From positions 23,498,001 to 23,562,000 of the forward strand of contig JBITNC010000002.1 of NCBI GenBank assembly GCA_050084985.1: a DNA stretch of 64,000 bases, given 5' to 3'. Source of the DNA: Nageia nagi (taxonomy: Eukaryota > Plantae > Pinophyta). Positions 38,541 through 52,439 of this stretch are shown here, piece after piece. Made by a program: the position numbers and the translations under genes. The notes under the pieces were generated by a model. That model searched no databases, was not told the origin of the DNA, and saw only the letters and a program-made list of their open reading frames with translations. The first letter of the stretch is position 1. The number at the start of each line of letters is the position of its first letter.

Positions 38541-38978
38541 CATGATTTATTTTTTATTGTGATAGATATATCTTATAGTTATAAATACATATCATACTTT
38601 GCCATAACTTTTTATAAAAGGTTCTTAGAGACCCTTTCAAAACTTTGGCTTTTTTTTTAATTAATATCAAATTTACCTAAAATTAATAAAAAAGAATAAA
38701 GAATGTGAGCATAGAATATTCAAAGATTAGAAAATATGAGATTTCATTTCCCATATATTTTTCTTAGGTGTAAGCATCATGAATGATAGGAACTCCTCTT
38801 TCATCATGTAAAGATATATCATTGATAGAGGAACATAAATAAAAGAAGCATTGTAATACCAAGAATTCAATTTATAGAGGAAATCAAATCTTTCATTTCC
38901 CATTGATTTTTCATTAACACAAGAATCATTAATGAAATAAACTCGATCATAGAACATAAAAACTCTCTTCATCCATAG

Positions 38979-39658
38979 TGTAGACCCTAAATAATGCAAT
39001 AGTGTAATTAATTAGGGAAATTAAAACATGCACTATTTGGTCTATTAAAGTTGATATAAAGCAAGAATATCACAATACATGATTAAGAATATAGGTTCAT
39101 TTCATTAATATGCATATTCAACTGATCAAGGAAAGGCATACATCAAGAACAAACAATATCATATACACAAGTATGGCACTAGTGTCCTAGTAATAGTACA
39201 TCATCAACGTCATGTTAATGGTCAAATTAAAAATATGACAAAAGATGAAATGATAAGAGAACAAATGATTTATCAATATAATGAAAGTATTATAATTCTT
39301 AAGATAAGATATTCGCTTGTTACAGATAAGAAGACCTTGCAAAGATTTACTTTGCAAATGATGTTTGAGTCCTTAATTCTCTATCTGATCTTAGTTGATA
39401 GAAGCCTTGGGTCTTTTGTAATCTACCCCTTGTATAGTCTCCTCTTGATAATAATCCCATCCTTTATCTTTGTATGTCTTTAATGCCTTTATATAGGGAT
39501 GCTTCTATTATAGGATTTCACCCCTTGTATAATCCACAAGGGTCAAATATATGGCCTGCACCTATTTTATACATTTTAAATCCTTTTTTAAATAATATAT
39601 TGTTAAGGGATTAAAATGATTTATTAAGTACATAAAGATTCATTATGAGGTATCTACA
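38979..39658 (-). repeat. 3' LTR (680 bp)
   Basis: Colinear with 46730-47411; roughly 85% identical by eye. Confidence 0.95.
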
Positions 39659-40214
39659 TTTGCCCCTCTTTGGATGTATGATTGAAGCAATGAAATTACA
39701 TGTCTAAAGAAGAAATGTAGCCAAGATATAGAAGAAATGTTTTGGATCTTTTTGCTAATGCTATATTTTGCTAATGATGAATGGTTGATGTTGAGGGACC
39801 TTGTGTTCCCCCCCTTTTAACTTGGATGCCCTAGGAAAGATCGTTGAGTTGAGTAGCCAAGGAAAAAGCTCCTAAAGAAGTTATCTTCAAGAATACTGTT
39901 TAGATGATGTTTGGATGACTACAAAAATTCATATCCAAGGTTGGAGATGGAAGACATGATTTGCCTCCCTTATACTATTTCAATCATAAATATGGTCATT
40001 CTATTGTGTTTGATACTCAAGAACCATTTGTACTTACATTCATGCCTCAAAATAGAGAGGTTATGCTTTTGATTTGGTGGAAATAATAATGAAATGTATG
40101 CCACTGAGGATGTAATAGACTATGAGCATAGTGTTGGCACCTTGGTTTTGACTATAATTTTCTTCTATTTTGCTAAATCTATGTACCTACAATGAAATGT
40201 CAATCATAAAATAA

Positions 40215-40720
40215 TGATGGATGCATAGTAAGTTATTTCATCCATTGGAGATGATCCAATGTCAACATCTTATGCATGGCTACATCATCAATTTTTTTTA
40301 AGTGAGTGAACTCTCACTAGCTATATCCAAATATAGTATGCTTTGGATGAGTTCAAAAAAAAAACCATGAAGATACATAGCAAAATGTATCATCCATTAG
40401 AGATAACCCAATGTCAAAAATTGCTCATAGTTGCATCATCAGTTTAATTTTAATTGAGTGAACTCTCACAAGCTATATCATTAGTCATCAATGATCATGC
40501 ATTTTTATGTCCATGATCTAAAGATGGTATGCTTTAGATGGTTTCAAAGCAAAAACCATGTAGATACACAACAAAATGTATCCTCCATTGGAGATGATCC
40601 AATGTTAACAAATTGCTCATGGTTGCATCATCAATTTACTTTTAAGTGAGTGAACTCTCACTAGCTATATCGATGGTCATCAATTATCATGGGTTTTGAT
40701 GTCCATGATTCAAAGACATT
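40215..40720. repeat. Three tandem 150-190 bp units inside the LTR element
   Basis: Core tccatt(g/a)gagat(g/a)a(t/c)ccaatgt...gagtgaactctcac(t/a)agctatatc at 40241, 40393 and 40584. Confidence 0.9.
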
Positions 40721-41799
40721 ATCCATGTGAAGCAAGGATGAAATAAATATAATATATCATAATATGCTGAGCTAGAATGATGAAATTTCATGATATCCAA
40801 ATCTATATAGGTCTAGAAGCTTGAGTTTAATTCAAGAAAGTCATCCAATTTAGTAGTACCTTCATATGTCACCAAATATTGCAAATATCATAGGCTTGTA
40901 GCTTCCTAGGAACAACGTTCTTGAATATATAACTTCACCCTACCAAATGAATAAAATCAAGTATACATAATCCGATTTTGTTTTTAATTGTATATCATAA
41001 ACAAGTATCCATTATCATATGAAAAACTAGCAATTGATGAAAATGAACTAGGCACATTGGAAACTCATCTAAATAACAAATTAGCATGCTATTGGTGTCC
41101 TAAACCTAGTATAAATTTTAATGAAAAACACAAATGAAGTAATCTTTACTTGAGACATGCAAGCATCATTCAAATAAATTCTAAGCATAAATTAGATCCA
41201 AATTTCATCAATAGCACACACAAATCAAAGAAATAGACATCATCAATGTCATGCAAATGGTAATTTTTAGTATTCAAAAAAGGATGGGAGGGATTTAAAA
41301 TTTTTAAAAGTCTAATAAGCCCTCCACATAAGGATTAAGGAACTATATGTAAAAAAAGAAGAAATGCTCTAATTTAAAGCCCTAAATTCAACTTATAAAA
41401 TCATTTTTTTTGTAAAAATAGGTGATTTTGAACTTGATGCCTTTGTCATTTAGAGCTTTGATAAGTAGGCATTAACTTCCTTGCTAAACCAGCTGAGTTT
41501 ACCACCCTACTAGCAACATTGCACTATTGAAGCATCCATTCCATTGATAATTTTAGTACATCAAGTGGGAGGATTTTCATAGAGAATCTAAGATTGTGTA
41601 GTGATGGCTACCATCAATTAGAGGAGTATCCAATGGTTGATTACGGGAAGGATAGGTCATCTAGTAGAGTATCTCCCTAGTCTACTAGTCAAGCATGTGA
41701 TAAGTAGATTCAAAATTGAAACATTATATTTTTATCATCCATAAGTGGAGAGGATGGAATAACAGACCCAAGCATTACCTTCCAAGATCATAAGGGGTT

Positions 41800-43625
41800 G
41801 ATTTGGGGTAGGCCTATGAGGATTACAACTTTAGATTTTGCCCGAGCCTTCTTATGAACTCAATAATCAAATGATATTTTAGACCAATATAGGTTAGGTG
41901 ATCTTGCATATGTGAGGATAGTATAGATAGATACTCCACTTATCACTGCATTAGCTAAGAGATGGGATCAGGATTGTTGCTCATTTCACCTTCCCATGAG
42001 TGAAATGATAGTAACTCTAGAGGATGTGTATCAGATCTAGGTTATACCCATCAAGGGTGGCTTGGTATATCAACATCTGATGGGGGATGATAACACTCAT
42101 GGGGTTGAGTGTTTATGGTTGATTGGATTAGATGACCATGATTGGGATCATTAGTTGGTGTAACTCGTAGAAGGCTATAGGTATACTAGAGTAGGGAGAT
42201 ACCTAAGGCTACATGTGGCTACTATTATTACCATCTATCTATATCCTAACAAAAGCCATTTGACTTTTTCTCTTAGGATGACATGGATAGTAAGAGGGAT
42301 ATGCACTCGAGGGTGATAATTTGCATGGGGTCCAGTAGTATTGGCAAAGCTTTATAGGGATTTGTATTCATTCATCAATGTTCATAAGGTCAATGTGATG
42401 TTTGCTCATGCTAATCTTCTAGAGGTCTAGACCTATGAGCACATCTCATTTATTAGGCCAATGGGATTGCAAAGGGTGAGATATGACCTAATAGACATGG
42501 TTCTAATGTGCTAAAATGGCTTGTTGGGTGGATATAGGCCTCTCAATCCATGGAGGTAAAGAGGAGAGACATAGAGAGCCTCTAGGAGCAGACATTATAT
42601 GGGTGTGCCATGCTGATTATGTGTGGTATGAGGATGTTCATCATTTTGCATGGGTGAGGCAAACCCACTTCTTCCATACCAGGTAGAAGATTATGGAGCC
42701 ATATCATCCAAAGTAGGTGTTGAGATAGTTTAGGATACAACAACTAATCCTAGTAATGCCCCCATTATATCGATGGTATACAATGGAGAGAGACATTTCT
42801 AATGATGCCCAAGATATGCTAGTATGGATGGTAGAGTGGCTAAATTCGTTGATAGAATATGTTACTATGGAGGTAGCCATGGCTCTTAAGGTTGCCCCCA
42901 GTTATGTGGCATGGTGGAAGCTATGCATCTAGGCTCTTTAGGCTTGGATGAGTCAGATAGTGGGAGTGATGATGTGGTAAGACCACCATCAGAGGAGGAG
43001 GATCACATGAATGTAGATAATAATATCCATGATGGGCCTCCACCCGTATAGGGACTAGAGATGCTAGCAATAATTTTCCCCACTTAAGGTAAGAAAGATT
43101 ATACTCATAGTGTTTCATGATTTTGAAATTTTAAATGTAGCTAATGAAAGACTAACTAACATTATATATGATATAAAAGGGATGTTAGATGCATAGGTAG
43201 TAGCCATGGAGTCTAAGCTAGCTAGATTGAGATCAATGGAGGCCGAATTGACACATCTTCAACCATTAGTGATAGAGTTGGCTATGATGAGGGCTACACT
43301 TATGATGCAAGATGCAAAGGTGGCTTCACTATCCCAAATAGTGAAGGATCTCCAAGATAGGCTCACCATGCCACCACTAGATCAGTAGTGGGCATTCATG
43401 CAAAATTATCATAATCAAATTATAGCTTAGGATCTAGAGATATCTAGACTAGGGGCCAAGTATATGAGGTCCAAGACACTTTTGGAGACTCATGGACTCA
43501 CAATGAGTGATATATTTGGTGGAGTCTCCATATCTAGAGCTAGTGGTAGTGGAAGGAGAGTATGATTTAGTAGTGAGACATCTAGTAGTGGTTCTAGTGC
43601 CCACCCATAATGGTGGATGATGTAG
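41800..43625 (+). pseudogene. Aminotransferase-like plant mobile domain (PMD) protein with acidic linker and coiled-coil tail; intron 43089-43179
   Basis: LITALAKRWDQDCCSFHLPMSEMIVTLEDVYQI.G.P (~41935-42050) and FAWGPVVLAKLYRDL...LL.V.TYEHISFIRP are PMD hallmarks. The GT-AG intron restores frame to the heptad-rich ORF 43206-43388. The start codon is uncertain. Confidence 0.85.
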
Positions 43626-43670
43626 GGCTAAGACCTATGTATACCTATTTTGTATAAAATTTTAACTTTG

Positions 43671-43694
43671 ATATATATATATATATATATATAT
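43671..43694. repeat. (AT)n microsatellite just after the PMD ORF
   Basis: Seen directly. Confidence 0.85.
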
Positions 43695-44549
43695 GATCCA
43701 TTCGATGGACTCAATACTCTATGTTTTTTTATCTTTGTGTTATATTTGAATGGTTGATATTAGACACACACATAGGCACAATGAACTCTTAAAATTGACT
43801 TATTAATAGTAAAACATTCTAAACATGCACATATTATCTTGTGTACAATTGATAACAACCATAAGACATACACACAAACTGAAATGACACATAACTTCAA
43901 GGAACCAAGATACCTTGGAGAAACTAGTAAAGGTTAGGAGGGTGTATGTGAGTATAGATATTATAGCACAACATCCAAGATCAACTTAGAGGCTAAGGCA
44001 CATTGTTTAGAATGATAAAAAGTGGATTTTAAACATTATATCTTGGAAAAACCATGATGTTGATGCCTTGACATAGAGATAGAAAGGCATTAGCACCATG
44101 CACAAAGAGGAGTTGGATCCCCAAGTTATGGACATAGGAAGAAAATATGGATACAAAGAAGAAAAATTACTAGACTAGTGAACACATAGAATAGGAAAGC
44201 AAAAGGATACAAAAACACCCTAGCTACTAATATACATTGATTATGATGTCAAAAAGAGATCAAGTAATAACTTTTTATACTTGGGGAGTTTTTGTCACCC
44301 AAATACACTTTATAGAGGTAGGGAAAAAAGAGACACTTTTGTAATAGTCACCCCCACATCGTTGGTGCTTTGAAAGCAAGAATGCATGTTGTTGGCATTG
44401 CCCCTTTTGATTCCATTCCTATTCTTGTTTGGAGAAGGATTCCTATATGCATGAATGTTAGATAAAAAAGAATATAAATTACAAGAAATACTTACTATAC
44501 CAATGCACCTTCAAGATTATGAAGATGGTAGGGGATTATTGAATACCCC

Positions 44550-46140
44550 TAGCTATACATTATCTAGATAAGGTTATAGGTCCTATCTATGTAGCTAGTT
44601 TTTTATCCATCTTGATTGCTCCATTATCAAGGAAATCCTATATAAGGTTATGAAGTGTCATGCCATCTTGGGTTATATGACCTAGTACCCTTTGATAATT
44701 GTAAAATTACTCATAGTGAAAAGTTTTAGACACACTATTAGTAAACTTAGGCTCAATAATAGGAGATAATTTGATCAGTTCCTCATCTAATAATACATTC
44801 AAAATATTATAAATAGTATTAGTCAAGGAATATATTGGCAAGTATATTTGGGTGGAGAATTACCTCATTTTTTATGGAAACATGATTTGCTTCAACCTTG
44901 GTTTTATTTTAAGTAATAGGTTTTGTAGGTCAAGTATGCTCAACATATTTCATGGCACTAAAATTTTTAATGGATGGTTCCTTTTTAGTAATAGTGTTAA
45001 TCATATCTCTTAAATACATATCATGATTAGAGATGAAAAATATCTTATATATAGGAAAGAGACCATTCACAAAAATATTCTTGAGTTCATCTTCATCCAT
45101 GGTGAGTTTATTAGCATTTTGTTTGCATATCTTTACAAAATCCTTCATTGATTGGTTAGGGAGCTATTTAATTTTACACAAGTCCTTAAAATAGACCTTC
45201 TTAGTAATGTTATAACCATAATCATGCAAAAATATGCAAATCAAATCTCATACCTATCAATGCTACTTTTGGGAAGCCAAAAGTACCATTTTAGAGCGTC
45301 ATCCTTCAAACTGTAAGAAATAACTTAGCCAACAAATCTTGATCATGCATATATCTAATAGCTTATTTATGAAATTTATGAACATGCATCCTAGGATCCT
45401 ATATACCATAAAACTTAGTAAATTTAACACTCTTTTTTCCCAAGGATTATTTTTGCAAGAATTCTAGCAGTGAGGGGTCTTTTTAAACATGAAAGGAAAT
45501 CATCCTCATTACTCACCATGTTGTTAAACCCTACATTGGTCTTTGGGGATGGTGGTGGGGAAGGAGGAGTTTGTTGTGCATTATTTGATGTTTGAAGTGG
45601 AATGTTTTTCAAAATAGCAAACTCAGTAGTATGATAAACCCTATCCTAGTCAATTTCATGCAATACCCCTACCAAGATTTCCAATTATTCATATGGAGGT
45701 TATTTATACCAATCAATGTTTTCTTGGATATCCATAATGATACCTACCTTAATCTCATGCTCCTTGGGAGTCCAAATTTGTTGTAGCTTAAAGGCTTCTC
45801 TAATAACTTTATTAAGTTGCTACTTAATGGAGTTTTAATTTTATCATTAGGTAAAAGAACTTAACCCTTACCTTTCTTCTCTTGATCGAAGTAATATGGA
45901 TTAAGCATCAAATTTCTGTAAGATTCTTTGTCCTCATACTCAGGTTCTAAATGGTCATCACTTTCAAAAATATTACCCTCATGCAATGGTTGTTCCAACT
46001 TAGCATCAAGCTCTGGTTCGAACTCTACTCTGTTAGGATATACACCACCCAAATCATGGTGATAATCGATCACATTGCTTGCACCATGCATTTCATGTGT
46101 AGGTTGGAGATGTTTTGATGATTTCTCATAATGAAACAAG
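44550..46140 (-). pseudogene. Retrotransposon gag (capsid-like core plus C-terminal GH-knuckle-like motif)
   Basis: FTKFYG..DPRMHV; SLKDDALKWYFWLPKSSID; MKDFVKICKQ..EDELKNIFVNGL; NYQRVLGHITQD..TLHNLI.DFLDNG. Confidence 0.8.
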
Positions 46141-46729
46141 CTATCTTTATATTCTATAGTTTCTAACTAGTTATCAACCAAATTTGCATTTGCAAGAAGT
46201 GCCACCACAACAAAAACATTATTATGAATAAAAAAATGTAGCCTTTCTTTATTAGATAACACATGTTTAATGGATCAAGCATTATAAGGAATCCTATCAA
46301 GATCCAATAGTTCATCATGAATAGAAGGTTTTGGATGAGGAGACAAATTATCCTAGTTGCTAGGATCAAGACTAGCATAGCGATTAGGATTCTCTCCAAT
46401 AATAGATATTCATTTACTAGAATATGAAGATTTAAAATCCCATATGGTCCTAAGAGGAGGTATTTGAATAGATAATTTAAGATTAATTTGAAGACCTCTC
46501 CTAACCTCCAAAAATTTTACTTTGTATTTAGATACTATAGGGTTATTTGGGTTAAGATCCATCTATGGGATATAAGCAGAACAAGCCCTAGTTTTATCTT
46601 GCTCTTTGGATACTATTTGGAGCACTTCCTCTATGGAGAGAAAAAGTAGAAAAAATGGATTCATGACTTTATAGAAGGATTTTTCCCTAGAAAAAGACCT
46701 AGGTGTGTAAGATTATTGGGTTTACCAAA

Positions 46730-47411
46730 TGTAGACCCTAAATAATGCAATAATATAATTATTTAGGGGAATTAACACATGAACTATTTGTTCTATTATT
46801 TAGTTGACATAAAGTAAGAATATAAAAATAGATGATTAAACATACAAGTTCATTTCATTAATATGCATATTCAATTGGTCAAGGAAAGGCATACATCAAG
46901 AACAAGCAATATCATATACACTAGTAAGCATTGATGCCCTAGTAATAGTACATCATCTATGTCATGTTAATAATCAAATTAAAGATGTGATGAAAGATAA
47001 AATGATAAGCAAATGAATTATTGATCAATATAATGAAAGTATTATAATTCTTGAGATAAGAGATTCACTTGTTACAAATAAGAAGACCTTGTAAAGGTTT
47101 ACTTTGCAAATGATGTTCGAGTCCATAATTCTCTATCCAATCTTTAGTTAATAAAAGCATTGGGTCTTTTGTAATCTACCCCTTGCTTGTCTCCTCTTGA
47201 TAATAATCCCATATTCTATATTTGTATATCTTTAATGCCTTTTATATAGGGATGCTTCTATTATACAGTTTGACCCCTTGTATAATCCACAAGGGTCAAA
47301 TTTATGGCCCACATCTCTTTTATACATTTTAAATCCCTTTTCAAATAATACATTTTTAAGGGATTAAAATGATTTATTAAATATATAAAGGTTCACTTTG
47401 ATGCATCTACA
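46730..47411 (-). repeat. 5' LTR (682 bp)
   Basis: See the partner LTR at 38979-39658. Confidence 0.95.
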
Positions 47412-49663
47412 TATAGAAAATGATCATAAATATAGCATTTACCTTTTTTTCCCCAAGTGCTAGCCATGAGGAACATTTACAACTTTGAAGCACCTCTAAG
47501 ATCTGATGATATCATCTGATTTTCAAATAGTAAAACTAAATATTCTTTCTATGGTTATCTTAATACTTTAAAAAAATACTCATTAAGGATACTTAACTAT
47601 CAATACTAGTGCTACCCCTTGTACTGGTGCTTATAAATTTAAGATAATTTTATTAAATATTTAACCGAGCATCACGTCTTGTAGTGAAGATGTTATTAAT
47701 ATGTTTTTAAGGGAAATTTTAGTCATTTGTCACAAAAATTTAATGTCTTTAAATATGTATCCTATTTTGAGTGTTAAATAGGTTAGGATCATTATCATTT
47801 ATCACTTTTAGTTTTCATTAATTTGTAAGGAGTTCTAAAGTTTTCTAAGTTTGATGTACTTTATTAGAGGTATTTTTGGGTTTTGGATAATTTTGAGTGA
47901 ATTTTAACTCATTGAAGGTAAAAAAGGTTATAATTATAGAGAAATATGGTCTTAGAGCATATGTTTTGTGCTCTAACCTAGATTCTTATCATGTGGTGAA
48001 CTCTAAAGACCTTACATGTTTTTATTATAGCTTTTTTTGCTATTAAAATCAAGTTTATTTTAAAATTTGAAGTTTATTGTTTTAAAGGTTAATGAAGTAT
48101 AAATTACTAGAGGATATATTTTTTTGGATCTATATATTTCATTTTATTATGAGGCTCTTATTTTGGAAGGCTTTTGGCTTATAAAAGATGAAACAAAATT
48201 TTCATGTGTGCATCATGAAGAATACGTAGAACTAGCATTGGGATGTTAAGCATATCTACACCAATATCATGTAAATAAAAAGATAATCTTTTTGTGTGCT
48301 TATAATGTACATTCCTTTGATGGTTTTGTAAATGTAAAAAAATATAAAAATAATAAGTAATCTTGAAAATATGCATACTTGTATGTTCATTTGTTGATTC
48401 AAGCCCATTCACACATCATTGTACTTGAGCCATGAAGTAAAAAATAGGAAATAACCTGCACTTGTTATGAGGATCTTGACTAGGAAGTATTGATGAACCA
48501 AAGGTATGCCCAAGTTGCTTATTTTCTAGAAGTACCCTACATAAAGGTGAACAAACACATGTTGATTACCTTGTTTGAATGATGATCAAATAACATCAAT
48601 ACATTTCACCATCCTACAAGTGCAATGATAATAACCTTGAAGATGTGTATCAAATTCTTAGGTTTCTTATGAAAGGGACCATGATGTACATGAAAGAAAA
48701 ATTTAATCTATTAGGCATGGATAAAAGTTCAAAGTGGCTAACAATCCTTCAACAAACTAATCATTAAATCTTATAATTTTATTTACCATTTTTAGGGCCC
48801 TTTTTTAGTATCAAGATATTCATAACATTATTAGTTGTAATGTTATTAAGACATCATTTCTCTATAAAATATCTCCATGTTGTAAATTCCTTATCAATAT
48901 TTTTATTTAATTTATTTCAATTTTTTAATTTAATTAGCATTGAATAGTCTCTCATCCTCTATAAAGCTCATAATAAGTGTCTAACATAATTTATACAATA
49001 AACAATACTCAATAATATTCCCCTGTAGGATGCTATGAAGATAATTTATTTCCAAAGATGTGCAATAGCATCATTATTTCTTGTTTTAAATAAATATTGA
49101 TATTGATCAACCATAGTAAGTTCAAAATGATTTGATTATTTATTTAACAAGTTCTTTTCCAAAATACTATCATTTTTCACTCTATTTACTTTCATAAATT
49201 TACTAAAATATGTTAGAAGAGCATATATGTACTTGCAAAATAAAATACTTATTCATTCTTTAATATTTTCAATATTATAAAATCTTGGATTCATAGTAAT
49301 CATGTCCTCAAGTAAATCATTCCTTTTAAAATTATCTCCAATATTTTTAAATAAGCTATTTAAAACTTATCTCCAATAAATTTATCTTTCAAAAATTACA
49401 CCATTAAATATAATAGGATTAACTAGCATTTCTTCATATTTAGATTGTACCAAATCAACATATTTATAGTAAATATACATTGAAATCTCCTTTCCATTAA
49501 CATAAACATAGGGATGATAATTGACATTGAAATTCAATTAATTTTTTTGATCTTTAACATCTATCAAAGGTTTACATTATTGAAGTAAACATTGATAGAA
49601 ACTTCTTGCATCATATATAACACATCTAAAGATTGAAATATATGTTTTATCAAATGTATAAAA

Positions 49664-49773
<110 letters not shown>

Positions 49774-50128
49774 ATCCCTTTTGAGTGTGTTTCATTAAGC
49801 AATTTGATTCATATAATGAAGGAAGAATACAATAAAAATATTAGTAATGTTTTAATATTTGGCAAATGCTATAAAAAGTCTTTTGCTTTGTCAAGTACCC
49901 TATAGTTTTTATACATAAAACTAGTTAAGCATAAATATTCCTTAAGAAATATATATGCAAGATCATATGTTAAAATCAATCTTATTTGATTATCTTTTAA
50001 ACATTTGTTTTCATCACTCATTCTGATTAACTTTTGAAACTCATTGTATGTTTTTAAACTATTAGTAATAAAACTATGTAGGTCATGTAAAAACTCTTCA
50101 ACTTTTACAATATTTTCAAATGTGCTAA

Positions 50129-50321
50129 TTTTTTTTTTTTTTTTTGTTATGAAGAAGATATATTCTAACACAGTGAATTTTGTAGGGAATTAACTCCTAC
50201 CATTTATTACATTAGACATATCCACTTGCAAGTGAGGGGGTGAGATTTGAATCTAGGATCTCCCATGAAGAACTCAAGAGATTTCAAATACCCCTCTCAC
50301 CAACTCCCCTACACTTGCTGG
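50129..50321 (-). mobile_element. tRNA-derived SINE with poly(A) tail
   Basis: Minus strand: A-box-like taggggagttggtgag, B-box-like agattcaaatctc, 17-nt A tail (T run 50129-50145). Degenerate TSD aaatgtgctaa / atatgtgtaaa. It interrupts the hAT coding remnant. Confidence 0.75.
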
Positions 50322-52439
50322 ATATGTGTAAATAATTTTGTATATAAGGTTTATTCTATATTTCATATAAATAATTAGAATAATATGTGGGTTTTTATTA
50401 TCATAGATAGAGACCATTTCTATTACCTTATGTTTAAGGCTACATCATCTTCTCCAATACAAATAAACTTTGTAGTTATTTTAGTATTATCCATTTAGAA
50501 TATATCATTTAAGTTGGAGATAACTAATATGTAAATATTTTTTGGATGTTTAGTTTTAAACCATTTTATAAATAACTAAAATATGAGATTACTTTGCTAG
50601 AATGATTTTTAAAAGCGGATACATGCATACAAACACATGATGTTTTATCTATTATCATAAACTCATTAATTGATAAGGATATAAACTACATATTTTTTAC
50701 CTTTTCATCCAAATCCTCTTTATCTACCATTTCCAAAAAAAAATTGTATTTTGAATGAATCATGTTTAACCTATGGGATTATGGAATATTCTTTAAACTA
50801 ATCTATTAAAACATAATCTTATAAACTAGAATATCTAATATGGGCAAGCCCTTTTTTAAGGATGTGAGAGATAATATAGATTTGTGTATTTCTTGATGAT
50901 TAATTTGAAGCATCAAATTTTTCAAAATGAGATGCAAGATTTTCCATTTTCCCTATATTTAATTTTTTGTTATTTCCACATATTGTTATACTTAATCTCA
51001 TCTCAAATATGATTACATTCTTTGTTGTTTTTATATCTATATTTGTTTTTAACCATCCTCTTATTATTTTGAGTAATATACTTTGCCAAAATATGTTTTT
51101 AACTATGTCCAACTTTAGTTCAATTCAATATTCCTTTTCAAGTTTCCAACCACATATAGTACAACTATATTTTTTGGACCAACATCATTTTTTAAATCAA
51201 CTAGTTTAATGAATTGATAGTTGACTACCCAATCAACATTAAAAATCCTTTTGATTTTCCATTTGTTGCTTCTCCTCCTTTCATAGACTATCTGTTAGAT
51301 TCTATTTTGACTTTATGTTTCAAACATAACTTCATTTGTAATCTACTTATGGAACTTTTTTAATAATCAAGTAGAGCATTCTCAAGAGGTTACATTTCAT
51401 CATCAATATTATCTTCACCAGGTGGGAAACTAGTAGCTTCCCATCATTGTATATGATTATCAATAAGGTGATTTGTATATTAATAGGTGAAGGTATTTTT
51501 TATTATCATTTAAAATAATAAAATTAATGATATTTTATTCCTAATATGAACATTAATTTGGGATTTTATTTCTATCATTGTATCATATCTCAACTATCAT
51601 TTGTCCAATGATTTTATCATTATTATAGTGTAGGGTTGAGGGTCCTCCTGTAGGGTTATCAAACTCACAACATATTCAAATTCTTATTAGTAAGGTAAAA
51701 AATGAACCTTTAACACCTTAAATATTTTAAGAATCAAATAAAAAATTCTCAAACCCTATAATGGGTCTTTAATAACATAGTAGTTCCTAAGAGCTATTCA
51801 CACCATGTGGTATACAAGTTGCATAGAATTGATCATAATGCTTTCTACCTATCAATGATTTCACACAAACTTGATGATAAACTTCCACAAAGCTTCACTT
51901 AAATTCCACTCGATATTCTAGATTGGATATTTTAGAATTTTGAATAATAATAATAATAATAAATTTTCTCTACATGCTTGCTTGTAACCTTATTTCATAT
52001 ACCTAATTCTTTTCAACTAACATAGTCCTATATAAAGAGGAAAAAGTGGAAGGTGTAAATATATTTTATAATTAGTTTTTACATTGAGAGGTTCCCTATA
52101 GTAGAAATTTAGGAGGGCAAGGACTCAAATGTATCAATTGCAAATATTTATTTTAAATTATCAAGGTCAATATTAAAAAAAAGAATTATTATTTTACTAA
52201 TAGACACATCCTTTCATAAAATTTAGTATAAAAATAATTTAAAAATTAATATGATGAATGCAAATCAAAACATATAATTCCAAATTCATTATAGATCAAT
52301 TTATTTATGTGGTTGTAAAAATTATTATTGGTGAAGGTAGTAGTTACATAAATTAAGTATATTAACATTCACTTGAGATAACCAACAATATATGGGATGC
52401 ATATAGTGGGATACTACATAGCATATATATCTTGTAGTG

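Larger units (their letters stand above)
38979..47411 (-). mobile_element. Complete non-autonomous Ty3/gypsy (Tat/Ogre-like) LTR element with gag and an antisense plant-mobile-domain gene; no pol
   Basis: LTRs 38979-39658 and 46730-47411 (TGTAGA...TCTACA). TSD catag/tatag. PPT aaagaggggcaaa next to the left LTR and PBS-like tggtaaaccc next to the right LTR (both minus strand). Confidence 0.93.
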
